From assembly GCA_043813605.1 (NCBI GenBank), contig JBDRKX010000115.1, positions 1 through 43,691 of the forward strand: 43,691 nt of DNA. The letters run 5' to 3'. Origin of the DNA: Elusimicrobiota bacterium (GTDB taxonomy: Bacteria > CG03 > SLGR01 > JBDRKX01). The translations under genes were made by a program, and so were the position numbers. Numbering within the stretch: the first letter of the stretch is position 1; each line of letters starts with the position of its first letter. This document shows positions 42,564-43,691 of the stretch, piece by piece. The notes under the pieces are model-generated. The model was given only the letters and a program-made list of their open reading frames with translations. It was not told where the DNA came from and did not search any database.

Positions 42564-42971
42564 ATGAATAAGACAGAATATATGGAAAAAGCATTCAAAT
42601 TGGCTGAAAAAGCGATTCAGGAAGGGGAGATCCCGGTAGGAGCGATAGTCGTTGAGGACGGCAGGATAATAGGAGAAGGCTGCAACAGGCAGCGTGAAGA
42701 CAGTGATCCGACCGCACATGCCGAAGTGGTTGCATTGAGGGCAGCGGCTAAAGTAAAAAACAATTTCAGACTGGATGGCGCTGACATGTATGTGACAATA
42801 GAACCATGTAACATGTGCAGGGAAGCGATAAGCAGGGCAAGGATCGGGACGGTCCACTACGCATCCTATAAAGCGAATCCGTCGACTCATAAGACCGAAT
42901 ATGTTGCAGTAGATGATTTCAGCAGCGAGAGTTGCGATATACTGAAAAAATTCTTTAAATGCAGAAGATGA
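42564..42971 (+). CDS. tadA: tRNA adenosine-34 deaminase TadA (compact variant)
   Basis: YM..A..LA..A...GEIPVGA, N......DPTAHAE, YVTIEPC.MC, RI, C-terminal L..FF..RR; adjacent to tRNA-Arg(ACG). Confidence 0.85.
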   Translation: MNKTEYMEKAFKLAEKAIQEGEIPVGAIVVEDGRIIGEGCNRQREDSDPTAHAEVVALRAAAKVKNNFRLDGADMYVTIEPCNMCREAISRARIGTVHYASYKANPSTHKTEYVAVDDFSSESCDILKKFFKCRR

Positions 42972-43417
42972 TAAAAAAGATTCTGACAATTTCAGCAATT
43001 GCAGTCGCCGCAGTATCATTTTATTTTCTTGTAGGGAAAAACAATGTACCGGTTAAGATATGGTTTCTGGTCTCTTTCGGGCCGTACCTTATCATTGCCG
43101 CTCTCGCGATGAAATTTAACAGCGCCGTCATCCAGTCTGCCCTTGTCCCGATCTTCCTTTTTTATGGAGCAGGCTCGGTTCTTAACATACCGTGGCAAGC
43201 CAGGTATTATTTTGCCCATGTATCGGCGATACTTATGCTGGTTTTGACAGTGTATTTTATTATTATGCAAGTCAGCAGACTGAAATTCATTAAGATCATG
43301 CTGGGAGTGATAGCGGGCATTATAATATTTTTCGGAATGAATTATTACCGGAGAAATTACATAGATAAAGATGACCTGAAAAAGGTGCCGTACCTGGAGA
43401 ACAAGCTCTTATACTGA
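42968..43417 (+). CDS. Hypothetical membrane protein (about 5 TM)
   Basis: Hydrophobic segments throughout; ATGA overlap with the tadA stop. Confidence 0.7.
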   Translation: MIKKILTISAIAVAAVSFYFLVGKNNVPVKIWFLVSFGPYLIIAALAMKFNSAVIQSALVPIFLFYGAGSVLNIPWQARYYFAHVSAILMLVLTVYFIIMQVSRLKFIKIMLGVIAGIIIFFGMNYYRRNYIDKDDLKKVPYLENKLLY

Positions 43418-43460
43418 TAGAAAAGATTCTCGCTAAATAACAAATCACTATTTATATCAA

Positions 43461-43491
43461 TTTGTACCATTTAGTATAGTTTTGTACCATT
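43461..43491. repeat. Direct repeat TTTGTACCATT x2 (20-bp period)
   Basis: Exact 11-mers at 43461-43471 and 43481-43491. Confidence 0.8.
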
Positions 43492-43691
43492 AATAGACAC
43501 TATATGGACACCAGTCACAGTTACCGGCCCCTTAACTCACTATTAATTGCGATTGTAATCCTTGCCAATAAAATCCGCGTCATACCAGCAATAAAATTGG
43601 CATAAAATCAACGCAAAAAAATATACCCGCATAAATAAAATCCCTCAAAAAGATAAAATCACGGAAATAAAATCATCAAAAATCACAATTC

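Noticed and set aside
43418..43691. Possible CRISPR array in the terminal non-coding region
   Set aside because: No 23-47 bp repeats with regular unique spacers; only short irregular motifs.

Overview
Chromosomal replication-origin region of a diderm bacterium. lpxH and a type IV pilin are present; the gene set is compatible with an Elusimicrobiota-like anaerobe, but the taxonomy is inference only. The leftward arm (minus strand) is dnaA-dnaN-recF-dciA-gyrB-gyrA-archease-rtcB-serS-lepA-pilin, ending in the left end of a probable IS4-family element cut by the window edge. The rightward arm (plus strand) is rpmH-rnpA-yidD-yidC-mnmE-(TIM-barrel metalloenzyme in place of mnmG)-two parS sites-rsmG-parA-parB-two membrane proteins-lpxH, then ndk on the minus strand. 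A ~17 kb tightly packed run follows: a complete V/A-type ATPase with a Na+-type K subunit, a GAF/HD-GYP protein, nadE, rsmI, two degenerate EcfA-like ATPases, a Cache/HAMP/PAS histidine kinase, a secreted LysM-FecR-Ig protein and a tandem receiver protein. The window closes with tRNA-Arg(ACG) directly followed by tadA. Most notable: (1) an oriC apparently built from non-canonical DnaA boxes (TTWTYAACA); (2) a compact TadA lacking the E. coli D108 residue and following loop, next to its substrate tRNA; (3) a kinase/LysM-FecR/receiver module preceded by two probably inactive ECF-type ATPases; (4) an acidic membrane-anchored candidate polar landmark behind parAB; (5) archease-rtcB embedded in the gyrase-serS operon. 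No CRISPR array, rRNA or prophage genes were seen.
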